DNA from: Octopus sinensis
Taxonomy: Eukaryota
NCBI RefSeq assembly: GCF_006345805.1
Contig: NC_043017.1
Coordinates: 21,266,001-21,330,000, forward strand
Length of the DNA stretch: 64,000 nt
Reading direction: 5' to 3'
Shown: in pieces, positions 28,895 to 42,665 of the stretch
Layout: each line of letters starts with the position of its first letter
How positions within the stretch are numbered: position 1 is the stretch's first letter
Notes under the pieces: model-generated
Database searches by the model: none
What the model saw: only the letters and a program-made list of their open reading frames with translations
What the model was told of the DNA's origin: nothing
Made by a program: the position numbers and the translations under genes

Positions 28895-29270
28895 TTGTGG
28901 TAAGAAACTTTCTTCCCAACCACATGGTTCTGGGTTCAGTCCCACTGCATGGCACCTTGGGCAAGTGTCTTCTACTATAGCCTCGGGCTGACCAAAGCCT
29001 TGTGAGTGGATTTGGTAGACGGAAAACTGAAAGAAGCCTGTCATATGTATGTACATATATATATATGTACATATATATATATGTATGTGTGTGTGTGTGT
29101 GTGTTGACAACCGATGCTGGTATGTTTATGTCCTTCTAACTTAGAGGTTCGGCTAAAGAGACCGATAGAATAAGTACTAGGCTTACAAAGAATATGTCCT
29201 GGGGTCGATTAGCTCAACTAAAGGCAGTGCTCCAGCATGGCAGCAGTCAAATGACTGAAAGAAGTAAAGG
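28895..29270 (+). mobile_element. SINE family A copy
   Basis: Matches 32518-32915. Confidence 0.85.
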
Positions 29271-29873
29271 AGGCTGTTCTGTTGAACGGATCAACTGGAA
29301 CCCTCGTCATCGTAACCGATGGAGTATGACTTGTTTATCTCTCTAGCACTAGTACCATGGAAACTTGTGGAGAAGAGTTGAGAGATGTTTTTAGTCTTGT
29401 TAAGGACAAGACACCTTTGTGCACTGGTGCTATGTGAAAAAAAGCATCCAGTACACCTGTCAAAGGATTTGTTGACTTTAGGAGGAGCGTTTAATTGTAG
29501 AAATCATGTCAAAGCAGACACCGGCACATGATGCAGCCTGTGGATTCCTTGGAGCCTGTTGAACCGATCCACCCATGCCAGCATGGAAAATGGACCTTGA
29601 ATGATGATAATGATGATGATGATGATTGATGCTTGGATCTAAATTCAACATCAAGTAGATTTGTGCTAAATCTGTCTTTCCTATATGCTCAGTCCAAATG
29701 AAGTGTATGGATTGAGGGGGTGGTCAGTCTTATGGGGACAGAGGGCATTTGGATTAAGGAACAGTCCTAGGTGGACTGAGCCATTTGGAGTAAAGTATTG
29801 CTCTACACCTGAGACAAAATGAAACACTAGCAGCTGATATGAACTCATGACCCATCAAGCTCTGGGATGTATC

Positions 29874-30146
29874 ATCATCCTCATCATCATCATCGTTTAG
29901 CGTCCACTTTCCATGCTAGCATGGGTTGGACGGTTCAACTGGGGTCTGGGAAGCCAGAAGGCTGCACCAGGCCCAGTCTGATCTGGCAATGTTTCTACGG
30001 CTGGATGCCCTTCGTAAAGCCAACCACTCCGTGAGTGTAGTGGGTGCTTTTTACGTGCTACCGGCACAGGTGCCAGACGAGGCTGGCAAAACGGCCACAA
30101 TCGGATGGTGCTTTTTACGTGCCACTGGCACGGGAGCCAGGCGAAA
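29874..30146 (-). mobile_element. RTE-type LINE 3' end / derived element (family F), young subfamily
   Basis: (CAT)n tail, TTTCCATGCTAGCATGGGTTGG...GCTGGATGCCC. Near-identical copies at 56322-56652 and 56972-57207; others at 32933, 33778, 44325, 50318, 60890. Confidence 0.7.
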
Positions 30147-31389
30147 ATTATTAAGACCATATCCATGAGGCATACAGACTGACACATTCTAATTACCACC
30201 AATGACATCTCCATCATCACTACCACTGTCTCCACCACCACCACCATCATCATCATCAACATAACCATCATCATCATCCTCAACAGCACCAGCACCACCC
30301 ACCAGCACCACCACCACCATCGTTATAATCATCATCATCGTCTAATTGACAAAAGACAATAGCTGAACATTCCTTTAATCAGGTCTTGCCTCCACATTTT
30401 CTTCTGCCGTAAGTAAAAAGAAAAAATGAATGCATCTAAAAGAAAGAAAAGTTAAGATGAGTTGGTCACAGCTGGGGTGCCTTTGATCTTTAGATCAATT
30501 CAATCAGGAATGACCTGAGGTGCTAAACAACAACAATAACAGCAGTGACATACAGAACAATATTTCTGTCATCATTTAGCTCAGGGTCAGTTCTGACTAA
30601 GTGAACACAAGATCAAAGACATCCCAACCTTGACCACCCTATCTTAATCACAGATTTCTAAGACTACACTCTCTAATGTGTAATTTTTCTAGTCAAAAGC
30701 AATATGGTGTGATTTAAGAGAGATTTGACTGTTATTTCTAGCAGGACACAAAACCTGCTGCTGCTGAGAATGTGTTGTGGCAGCTTGTCTCTCACCATCA
30801 CCACCAGCATTTTCTTCTTTCTCCTCCCACTTCCCCATATTCCTTTGTTCTCCCTCCCACCACTTCAGCCATTCAATCTCTTTCAGATTTGCAGGAACAC
30901 TACAAGAAAAAGGTCAGCTGGAATTGGACAAGACTTTAATCACTGTCACACACACACACACACACACACATGTGTGTGCGCAAACATATAAGCACACATA
31001 CTCTTTATTATGTTCACACATGAATACACACACACACACACACACAAACACACATACTCATTAACATGTGCAACATAAACAGACGCTCACACAAACACAC
31101 ACACACACATATATACTAGCAGACATACACATTATGTTCACACATAAATACACACACACTCACATGCATACACTGACACAAGCACACATACATGCTCACA
31201 CACACATCCTAGCACACATACACACTTACACATGCATACATAACCACTCACTTATGCTCATACACATTCAAACTAACACCCACACACATGCATACAAGCA
31301 CATACTAAAATACACTTAATCACACACACACACACACAGTGAAACTTAAACGCTAACTCATTAAAACATACACACACTTTCACACACAC

Positions 31390-32077
31390 CTATTCACACA
31401 CACACATTATTACACATGCAAACATGCATACAAACATACATACACATACATACATACACACATTCATACACACATCCACATCCACACACAAATGCATGCA
31501 CACACATACACATGCATACATACATGTATACACACACTCATACAATATACACACATATACATACACACACATGCATACACCCACAAACATACATAAACAT
31601 ATACACACACTCATACACACACAATCATACACGCATACATACACATATACACACACTCATACACACACATATGCATACACATGTATACACACTCATACAC
31701 ATACATACATACACACACACATACATACATACACATATACATACATACATACACACACATACACACACATACATACACATATACACACACTCATACACAC
31801 ACATACATACACATATACACACAATCATACACACATACATACACATATACATACACATATACACACATTCATGCACACACATACATACACTCATACACAC
31901 ATATACACACACATACATACACATGTACACACAATCATACACACATACATATGCATATACACACACCCAAACACACACACATATACATATACATACACAC
32001 ACACATTCACACACAAACATACACACATATACACACATACATACACACACATATACACACACTCATACACACACACT

Positions 32078-32115
<38 letters not shown>
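31390..32115. repeat. ~720-bp degenerate (CA/CATA)n tract
   Basis: Direct reading; source of the H/T-rich ORFs. Confidence 0.95.
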
Positions 32116-32117
<2 letters not shown>

Positions 32118-32517
32118 CTGTTTCTTAAAGAAAACTCCGCTGCTTCTGTATTTTACATTCACGGCTGCCAACAACATTTTCTTCCTCTTATCCGCTTCAA
32201 AACCTTAACCTGACATTTTCCTTCCTCCTGTCCTTTCCCCTCCTCCTCACCACCACCACCACCACCACTGCCATCATCTTCAGAGCCAATATTGATATTG
32301 TTGTCGCCGTCATTCCCATTGTTTATTGATTATCAAAAGAACTACAGGATGGTCTTGTTGCATCACAATGTCCAGCGTGGTGATGACAGCCAATTTAATT
32401 TTATCCCCACCTCTCTCTCGCTCTCTCTCTCTCTCTCTCGTCTTGTGGCCTTTATCTTGTGTCATCGTCCTTGTCTTGTGGCCTGTAACAACAACAACAA
32501 CAACAATCATCATCATC

Positions 32518-32915
32518 AGGAGTGGCTGTGTGGTAAGTAGCTTGCTTACCAACCACATGGTTCTGGGTTCAGTCCCACTGCGTGGCACCTTGGGTAAGTG
32601 TCTTCTACTATAGCCTCGGACCGACCAAAGCCTTGTGAGTGGATTTGGTAGATGGAAACTGAAAGAAGCCCGTCGTATATATGTATGTATATATATATAT
32701 ATATGCGTGTATGTTTGTGTGTCTATGTTTGTCCTCCTAGCATTGCTTGACAACCGATGCTGGTGTGTTTATGTCCCCATCACTTAGCGGTTCGGCAAAA
32801 CAGACCGATAGAATAAGTACTGGGCTTACAAAAGAATAAGTCCCGGGGTCGAGTTGCTCGATTAAAGGCGGTGCTCCAGCATGGCCGCAGTCAAATGACT
32901 GAAACAAGTAAAAGA
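32518..32915 (+). mobile_element. SINE family A, CpG-rich (young) full-length copy
   Basis: Complete head, CORE-like segment, internal microsatellite and tail. Confidence 0.9.
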
Positions 32916-34714
32916 GAGAGAAAGAGAGAGTATCATCATCATTCAATGTCCATTGTCCATACTGGCATGGGTTGGACAGTTTGACCAGGGTTGGTTGGTA
33001 AGCTGAAATGCTGCACCATACCATACTCCAGTCTGATTCAGCATGGTTTTCTACAGCTGGATGCCCTTCCTGACACCAACCACTCCGAGAGTGTAATGGG
33101 TGCTTTTACGTGCCACTGTGCCAATTGTGTGACACCAATACCTGTCATGATTACGATTTCACTTGGCTTGATGGATCTTCTTTTCAAGCACAGAACATAT
33201 TGCCAAAGGTCTTGGTCATTTGTCATGGTCTCCATGAAGCCCACTGCTCAAAACCTGCTTTTCATGTGCCACTGGCACGGCTGCTAGTTATGCGACACTG
33301 GCATCAGCCACATTGCCTCCATGAGGCCCAATGCTCAGCAGGTGATCTTTATGTGCCACTGGCATGAGTGCCCGTTACTTCCATGAGGCCCACTGCTCAA
33401 AACCTGCCTTTCATGTGCCGCTGGCACGGCTGCTAGTTATGCGACACTGGCATCAGCCACATTGCCGCCATGGGACCCAATGCTTGACACGTGTCAGTTA
33501 TATGACTATGATTTCACTTGGCTTGAGACAAGTCCTCTCAAGTAATCATAATAATGGCTTTAATTTTTGGCTCAAGGCCAGCAATTTTGTTGGGTGGGGT
33601 TAAGTTGATTACATCGACCCGCCCCCACCCCACCAGTGCTTGAAGGCTACATATCTTATCGACCCCAAAAGAATGAAAAGCAAGTTCAACCTCTGTGGAA
33701 TTTGAACTGAGAACATAAAGATGAGCTAAATGACACTATAGCATTTTACCTGGTTGCTAATAATAATAATAATAATCATCATAATCATCATCATTTAACG
33801 TCCACTTTCCATGCTGGCATGGGTTGGATAGTTTGACTGAGGGCTGGTAAGCCAGAAGTCTGCACCAGTCTCCAATCTGATCTGGCAAAGTTTCTACAGC
33901 TGGATGCCCTTCCTGACGCCAACCACTATGAGAGTGTAGTGGGTGCTTTTACGTGCCACTGGCATGAGGGCCAGTCATAAGGTACTGGCATCAGCTACGC
34001 TCAAATGGTGCTTTTTACGTGTCACCTGCACAGGAGCCTGTCTGGCATCACTGAATAATAATAATAATAATAATGACAATAATAAATAATAGTAATAATG
34101 ATAATAATAATAATAATAATAGTAATAATAATAACAATAATAATAATAATAATAAACAATAATATTGATTTCAAATTTTGGTATGAGGTGAGCAATATTG
34201 TGGGAGACAGCAGGTTAATTAAATTAACCCCAGTACTTAATTGGTGCTTATTTTCTTGACCCCCAAAATGATGAAGTGGACTTTCAACAATATTAAAGTA
34301 CTAGTTGCCTACTGGAGTAGATGTAAATGACTAATCGACTTCCGCTGAAAACTGCTGGTCTCGTGCCAAGACCTGAAAGTGTTACGAAGGTTGGTGAGCT
34401 GGCAGAATTGTTAGCACGTCAAAACAAGAAATGCTGAGTCAGATATCTTTCCACTTTTTGCGCTCGGAGTTCAAATTCTGCTGAGGTCAGCTGTGTGTGT
34501 TTTCATCTCTTTTTGCATTTGAAACAATAAAGTAGCAATCAAGTATAGGGAGGGACGGGGAGAGGGTGGGGGTGGGGGTTGATGCAACTGACTAAACCCC
34601 ATCCCATGGAAGTTCAGGGCAGGGCCTGGTGCCAAAATTTTAAGCAATTATCTTTGACTTCAATAAATGGCTTCAAGTGGTTTATATATACATATATATA
34701 CATATATATACATA

Positions 34715-34759
<45 letters not shown>

Positions 34760-34764
34760 TATAT

Positions 34765-34806
<42 letters not shown>

Positions 34807-34854
34807 TATATATATATATACATATGCACACTCACATGTATATATAAGCTTATA

Positions 34855-34888
<34 letters not shown>

Positions 34889-35840
34889 ATGTAAAATGTA
34901 TATATATATATTATATATTATTTATATATATATACACACACACACACATGTATATATAAGCTTATATATTTATATATATATATATTGTATTATGCAAAAT
35001 GTGTGTGTGTAAACTTATACACACGTGTGTGTATATATATATGTACATTGTATGTAAAATGTTTGTATATGTATGTATGGATGTATGTATATATTTTATA
35101 TAAAATGTGTATATGTGTGTGTGTATATATATACATATATATACATACACACACACATACATATATAAGCATACAAACATTCATAAACTTATTTATATGT
35201 ATGTGTATTTATATGTTGTATATAAAATGTGTGTGTATATATATATGTATGTGTGTGAGGATGTAACATATATATCCATATCAATTTCTTATTTGGAAGT
35301 CAGCCATTATACTTTAATAACCTTATTTTGTGTGCAGACATATTTAAGCAATAAACTTATACTAACGAACAAACTATTATAATTATTATTAATATTATTA
35401 TTTTATTTTCTTCATCATTATCTCTGGTGTTAAAGATTCATAGACCTTAATTTTCCTGCAGCATATGTGAGTGTGTGTATGTGTGTGTATATATGTGTGC
35501 ATATGTCCATATATATATATATATGCACACACACACACAGACATACATATATATATATGTATATACACATGATATATAAATATGTGTGTATACACACGCA
35601 CAGACATACATATATATGTATATACACATGATATATAAATATGTGTGTATACACACGCACAGACATACATATATATATATATATACACATGATGTATAAA
35701 TATATGCGTGTATACACACGCCCACACGATACATATATACATACATACATATATATACAAACACACACATAAGCACACACACATATATATAAATATATGA
35801 GTGTATACATGCACACAAACCCTCACAAAACACATATATG

Positions 35841-35871
<31 letters not shown>

Positions 35872-36479
35872 TGAACACATATACGTGTTATTTTGTGTAT
35901 GTTTAAGTTGTCCGTAATAGAGAAGAGGGAAGAGGAAGTATTGTAGAAGGAGATTGCTACTGGAGTTAGAGAGGAAGAAGGAAAGAGACAAAAAGCAGAT
36001 GAGTGAGAGAGCGAGAGAGACATGGAAAGAGAGACAGAAACAGAGAGATACACAAAAAGATAGATAGATAGAAAGAGACAGAGAGAGGGGGGGAGCTTAT
36101 GTTGTCGGTGTGTATTGAGTTTGTCCATGTGTTTTTAAATGTAACATCAAGTGGTGCTAATTGTCTGTAAATTAGGGAAATATTTCTGCAAAAGGGAATA
36201 GAGTAGGGGTAGGTGGAGGTGGGTGGTTGGTTGGTGGGAGTGGTGGTGGGAGTGTGGGTGGGGGTCGTTTAATAGAAACGGTGGATTATTGCTCTTCATT
36301 TGTAATTCCTTCATTATCATTCCAGCCAGTTTCTGGGTACGGAGCTGTTTGTATTGATGGTGTTGGGGTGGACGAAAGACCGACAGATGCATGGAAGTAT
36401 GGAGATGAGACGGAGAGAAATGAAATGAAGAGAGAAGAGGAGAAAAGAATGTGTGTGTGTGTATGTATACATATTTCTT

Positions 36480-36690
36480 TATTACCCACAAGGGGCCAAA
36501 CATAGAGGGGACAAACAAGGACAGACATAGGTATTAAGTCGATTACATCGATCCCCCCAGTGCATATCTGGTACTTAATTTATCGACCCCGAAAGGATGA
36601 AAGGTAAAGTCGACCTCGGCGGAATTTGAACTCACAACGTAACGACAGGCGAAATACGGCTACGCATTTCGCCCGGCATGCTATCGTTAA
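36480..36690 (-). mobile_element. SINE family B, young copy
   Basis: CCCCGAAAGGATGAAAGGTAAAGTCGACCTCGGCGGAATTTGAACTC with CpGs intact. Confidence 0.85.
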
Positions 36691-36699
36691 TTCAGATAT

Positions 36700-36790
36700 G
36701 TTTTATTTTGCCCATCTTTTCCCCCTCTCCCCACCTATTTTCTCTCCTTGTTCCTTTCTGTGGAAGAGCATAGGCTCGAAATGTTCTTAC
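36700..36790 (+). mobile_element. Truncated family P2 fragment with hammerhead-like motif
   Basis: CTTT CTGTGGA A GAG CATAGG CTC GAAAT GTT at 36754-36785. Confidence 0.5.
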
Positions 36791-37139
36791 TCTGTCAGCT
36801 TCTTTTGGCAAACTGCTAAGTTACAGGCATGTAAACACACCAACCGTTGCCAAGCAATGGCCGGGGGGACAGACACGAAGACACACACACACACACACGT
36901 AAATATATACATATGTATAAATATGTATGATGGGCTTCTTTCAGTTTCCATCTACTAAATCCACTCACAAGGCTTTGGTCAATCCAAAGGCTATCATAGA
37001 AGACATTTGCCTTAGGTGCCACACAGTGGGACTGAGCCTGGAACCATGTGGTTAGGAAGCAAGCATCTTACCAAACAGCCATGCATGCACCTATGTATAT
37101 ATATGTATAGGTGTGTGTATGTATGTATGTACGCATGTA

Positions 37140-38176
37140 TGTATGTCATTGTCCAGTTTCATTTGAAGATTTCTTGCCAATAGAGAAAGAAACGGTTTCT
37201 AACCAAAATACAAGGTTCCTTCATTGGAATTTCAACATCAACAACAGGGTATTTTTGTTTGTATGTATGTATCTGTGTATGTATGTATGTATGTATGTAT
37301 GTATGTGTGTGTGTGTATGTATGTATGTATGTATGTATGTGTGTATGTATGTATGTATGTTTGTTTGTATGTATGGTTGTTTGTATGTGCAGATTTGTAT
37401 GTTTTATGTATGTATTCTCATGCATATAGTTGCATATCTAGACATGCTCATATATATCTAAATGACAAACTTCTGGAAAGTTTTACAGATTTTTACAATT
37501 CCAGTGATGGATTGGATTTGTATTCTTCGAATTAGTTTTCACCTTTCTGGTTTTGAAAAGCCTAATTTCTCATGATTGGTATTTAGGTAGTGTGTTATAT
37601 ATCCCAGGGCACCAATAATTACAGGTATAAACCTGAACTTGTAATCTGGATAGAGTAACTGCAGATTTCTCAATAGTTCAGCGTAGATATTCTCTTTTTC
37701 ACTGATCTTCAGCTTTATGTTGACACTCCGCTGGGCAGCTAATTTCCATAACTGTGCACAGTTTCTCTTCTCTATCCCAAATCATTATATCAGGTATGTT
37801 TTGCTTACATTTTATTTAGGTCTTCACTGGGACATTCCACCAGTACTCCTTTTTATTATGAGTTGCTATGGCTTCTACCATATTGTGGGTTCTTATTTCT
37901 TTGTCCTTGGGATTATCCTTCTGACAGATTTCATTATAAAGTGCCCTAGCTACAACATCATATCTCATTGGTAGATAATACCGTGATGACATTTTCGGAC
38001 AACTGCTTATGATGTGGGTGATATCTTCAGTGTGAACTCCACAAAGTCTGCATCAATTGTCACATTTCACTGCTTTTCCTGCATCTCTATCCCTTTTGTG
38101 CATCAGGTACTTGGTTGATATTTCCTGTTCCTGGATTGCAAACAAACACCCTTCAAAATGGGAGGTAGTAATCTGG
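37140..38176 (-). mobile_element. 5'-truncated R4/Dong-like (RLE-type) non-LTR retrotransposon: ORF C-terminus (38176-37458) plus 3' UTR
   Basis: Minus translation FEGCLFAIQEQEISTKYL...CRLCGVHTEDITHIISSC (CCHC knuckle)...RYDVVA...PDIMIWD...EISCP...EKENIYAEL...FIPVIIGALG...FQKFVI* (TAG at 37460-37458). Two internal stops and a frameshift. (TATG)n at both ends. Confidence 0.9.
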
Positions 38177-38195
38177 TATGTACGTATGTATGTAT

Positions 38196-38604
38196 TTCTT
38201 TATTCTTCTTTTATTCTTTTACTTGTTTCAGTCATTTGACTGCGACCATGTGGAGCGCCGCCTTTAGTCGAGCAAATCGACCTCGGAACTTATTCTTTGT
38301 AAGCCCAGTACTTATTCTATCGGTCTATTTTGCCGAACTGCTAAGTGACGGGGACATAAACACACCAGAATCGGTTGTCAAGCAATGCTAGGGGGACAAA
38401 AACAGACATACAAACACACACACACACACACATATACATATATATATAACAGGCTTCTTTCAGTTTCCGTCTACCAAATCCACTCACAAGGCATTGGTCA
38501 GCCCGGGGCTATAGCAGAAGACACTAGCCCAAGATGCCATGCAGTGGGACTGAACCCGGAACCATGTGGTTGGTTAGCAAGCTACTTACCACACAGCCAC
38601 TCCT
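38196..38604 (-). mobile_element. SINE family A, young full-length copy
   Basis: Reverse complement matches 32518-32915. Confidence 0.9.
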
Positions 38605-39364
38605 GCGCCTGTATGTGTGTGAGTATGCACAATGGGCTTCTTACGGTCTCCATCTACTAAATTTATTCACAAGGCATTGCCTGGCTTGCGGCTATAATAA
38701 AAGACATTTTCCCAAGCTGCCGTGCAGTGGGACCGAACCTGAAGGCACACAAATGCATCACAAATGCGTTAATCAAACACCCATACCTACAAACACACAC
38801 ACACACACACACACGTAGAGCGAAAGGGAAAGCGGTATGGGAAGATTGAAAGTGACAGACGGACAGACAGATCAAAGTGACAGCAAGGTGTTATCTGTTG
38901 ATATTCATATATTAAAAATTAATTAAGCTTCTTCTGCTGTGAAAGTCATGTTATTAATGAGTGTTCCCTTTGTAACTGTGACCAAGGTATTTCCTACATA
39001 ATTAACGTTAATTAGTCATCAGATCTATTCTCCCACCTCCACCCCACCCCCCTTATCATTCATCTGTAGATGTTGACGCCCCCACATTTTCCAGCTCCTA
39101 CTTCTCTTTATAAATTTCACGTCTTTTTGTTGTTTTTTTCTTTTAATGGTTTAGCGAGAGGAGATGGAGAACATCCTGTGATCCCTTTTTAGTGGAGGAG
39201 GAGGTGGGGCAGTATCCTCCTCCTCCGCTCCTCTATTACTGGGGTGTGTGGTGCAGTGTGATTCTTGGACCACAGACTCGGGTGCGTGATAGCAAAAGAG
39301 GTGACTCTCTCTTAAGATCAGGGGGATAACGATGAGGGACAGCAACAAATACAACCATAATGCT

Positions 39365-39845
39365 GCTGATGATGATGATGGGTATGACGATGATGGTGTT
39401 GATGATTGAGTTGCTTATGTTATTGGTGATGTTGGTGGTGTTGTGACAAATGTGATAATGGTGGTGGCGGTGATGATGATAGCAATGATGATAGTGGTAG
39501 TGGATATTACGATGGTCATGATAGTGGTGGTAGTGACTATGATAATGATGATGGCAATGACAATGATAATGATCAGGGTAATGATGATGATGATGATGAA
39601 AACAGCGATGATAGTGATGGTGGTGGTGATGATGATGATGGTGGTGGTGATGATGATAATGGTGGTTGTGGTGACAATGACGATGGTGATAATGATGACA
39701 ATGATGATGGTGATGATGATGATAACAGTGATGCTGATGATGGTGATGGTGGTGGTGATGATGATGCTGATGATGATGATGGTGGTTGTGGTGATGATGA
39801 TGATGATGATGATGATAGCAGTAATGATAATGGTGATGGTGGTGA
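39365..39845. repeat. (GAT/GGT)n degenerate trinucleotide tract
   Basis: Direct reading. Confidence 0.95.
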
Positions 39846-40414
39846 CAAGTAAGTAAGTCCTTTTATTACACTGCTTTACAATTGTTTCGTCAGAAATCAA
39901 TCTCAAAGGTATTGCTGACTCAAAACCCCGAGTGTCTTCATATATTTTTTTAATTAATAATTGGCAGAACTTAGAGTGACGCACGAACTTCTGTCCATCA
40001 TTGATTTTTAAAAAAATGTGTTAATATACTCATGTTTTGAATTCTGGTGACCTGTTTGCATCACCAGACCTATTATTATGCTCCTTTAATGATGAGCTCT
40101 AGCCACCAGCTTGAACATCAGAATAGAGAATTATCCTGTGTCATGTTTAATGAAACACACACATACACACACATCAGTGAGTGGACGAATGGAAGTAAGA
40201 GACACCCAACACATTTGGTCAATGTCACGTGTATTATTTATTATTTATTAATGATAGTTTGATTCAGCTTAATGAAACAAAGTTTAGTGGGACCATCACG
40301 CAAACCCAGCTTATTAGGTTAGGACAATAGTGACAAGGTAGACTTGTGTGACAATCCAACAAAAGTGTATATTGGATAGGGGTCAAATAAAAGTTGTTAA
40401 TGAATATTTATATA

Positions 40415-40778
40415 TCTCTATATATATAAACGGCAAAATGTCTGCATGTGTGTCCTTTATACAAATCCACAATTTTTCAGTTAGAGGGCTCGCACTTTTT
40501 ATGGTCATTCAAAACCGTCCAAGGGTGGTCATGCACATCTTTACATTTCCCCAGTCACCCCGCAAAGCCATTAAAAAATCAATAGAAGTAACTTTTTTGT
40601 AAATTTTCTATCCAAAACCCAATCAAAATGTCCAAAACTTGATATGCCAATTGAATGCCAGCTAGCTGTATGTGATTGGTCAGAGATTTGGACAGTACTC
40701 GTGTGTATGTGCGCACGCACACAGCTGTATATGCATGCACTATCACTATGACCCAGCGACGCCGGGTCATAGTGCTAG
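40415..40778 (+). mobile_element. Complete non-autonomous Helitron (364 bp)
   Basis: A|TCTCTATATATATAAA 5' end; perfect 11-bp hairpin CACTATGACCC/GGGTCATAGTG (40744-40774) immediately before CTAG|T; inserted between A and T with no TSD. Confidence 0.9.
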
Positions 40779-40789
40779 TATATTTATAA

Positions 40790-41135
40790 AGGGTAAAGGT
40801 TAAAGACTCCCTTCGGTCATGTATGATCTTGGGATTGCACCTAGAAATTTCCCCTCTGAGGCACAAGTCTGTGCGAGGTTGTTGGTGAAAGACCAGCAGT
40901 GACCCATGCATGCCAGACTCCTCTCTCCATGCCACTGTTGTTGACCAAGGGAAAGGCAAAGGCTGATCCAGTTTGGCATCAATGATGTCACAACTCATTT
41001 CTACAGCTGAGTGAACTGGAACAACATGGAATAAAGTGTCTTGTGCAAGAATACAACACACACAGACTGAGGAATTTGAACCTTCAACCTCACACTTGTA
41101 AGCCTGATGCTCTAACCACTGAGCCGTGTGCATTC
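40790..41135 (-). mobile_element. SINE family E copy
   Basis: Reverse complement of 9535-9875. Confidence 0.8.
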
Positions 41136-41517
41136 ACAATCACGCACAAACATAAATACACACACACTGCTGCCACCATTGACCACTTGGACAGATCAAA
41201 TTTTTCCTTAGCTCTTGTATCTATTTTGGGAGTGATGCTTGATTTTAAATGAACTGAGCTACTTAACCCTTTTGGGATCATATTTTTTAATGGAATATAT
41301 TTCACTTTTGTTTCAGGAAATTTCTTTTTAATAATCAATTGTTTGGAAAGATTTGTAAAATAATTAACTTTTTAATTATTAATTTAGCCCTTGGCACAAA
41401 GCTTAATAAAAGAGCCTTAGATTAACTAATGACAGTTTAAATATTAATGTAAATAATTTCAAATAAATTCACAATTGCGAATCAAGGGAACTGAGAATAG
41501 CCTCAATCAGAATGGAA

Positions 41518-42164
41518 TTAACCCTTTTGATGCCAACCCTCAGTCTGAGTCTGCCAGCTTCCTCTTTTAAAAATTTATTAACTTAAAAACTTCCATCAAA
41601 ATCTCGTTATGTTCCAAACAATAAATTAATAATGACAAAAGTTATTTCACTAAATTCTTCACTATTTTGAAAATAAATTAAAACAAAGGCAGCGTATTTC
41701 ACCAGAAATATGGTAACAAAAGGTTTAAGTATTTTGATGCCAACCCTCCTGATACCAAACCTGGTTCTATGATACAAACTTCCTGTTTTAAAGTGATCTA
41801 AAAAAAACCCGCCATCAAAATTTCATGTTACTTTATCTTTCAAACACCAACTTCATAATGCCAAAGTTATTTCAATAAATTCTTCATTATTTTCAAAATG
41901 ACTTGAAACAAAGGCAGTACATTTCTACAGAAATATAGTAACAAAATATTTAACCATTTTGATGCTAACCTTCCTCATACCAAACCTGGTTCTGTAATAC
42001 AAACATCCTATTATAAAGTGATCATCAAAGTTTCATGTTAATTTGTCCTAAACACCAGATTAACAATGACAAAGTTATTTCAATAAATTCTTCATTATTT
42101 TGAAAAAATTGAAACAAAGGCACTGTGTTTCAACAGAAATATGGTAAAAGAAAAAATGGGTTAA
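41518..42164. mobile_element. Three tandem TTAA-delimited piggyBac-type MITE units (~210-225 bp)
   Basis: TTAA at 41518, 41725, 41950 and 42161; outer ends TTAACCCTTT and GGGTTAA; shared body. Related copies at 41263-41470 (inverted) and 42685-42840. Confidence 0.65.
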
Positions 42165-42249
42165 GCCTGACATTGGAATAAACAGCAACACTACTACTTA
42201 TCACAGTTCTATTGTTCTATTTACATTTATCTGTTTCACCATTTTAATA

Positions 42250-42665
42250 CCTATTTCTTTACTACCCACAAGGGGCTAAACACAGAGAGGACAAACAAGG
42301 ACAGACAAATGGATTAAGTCGATTATATTGACCCCAGTGCGTAACTGGTACTTATTTAATTGACCCCGAAAGGATGAAAGGCAAAGTCGACCTCGGCGGA
42401 ATTTGAACTCAGAACGTAGCGGCAGACAAAATACCTATTTCTTTACTACCCACAACAGGCTAAACACAGAGAGGACAAACAAGGACAGACAAACGGATTA
42501 AGTCGGTTATATCGACCCCAGTGCGTAACTGGTACTTATTTAATTGACCCCGAAAGGATGAAAGGCAAAGTCGACCTCGACGGAATTTGAACTCACAACG
42601 TAAAGCAGACGAAATACGGCTATGCATTTCGCCCAGCGTGCTAACGTTTCTGCCAGCTCGCCGCC
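42250..42665 (-). mobile_element. SINE family B with ~184-bp tandem body duplication
   Basis: CCTATTTCTTTACTACCCACAA... occurs at 42250 and 42434. Confidence 0.9.

Noticed and set aside
39194-39226. GGAGGAGGA...TCCTCCTCC hairpin
   Set aside because: Low-complexity complementary triplets with no supporting context.
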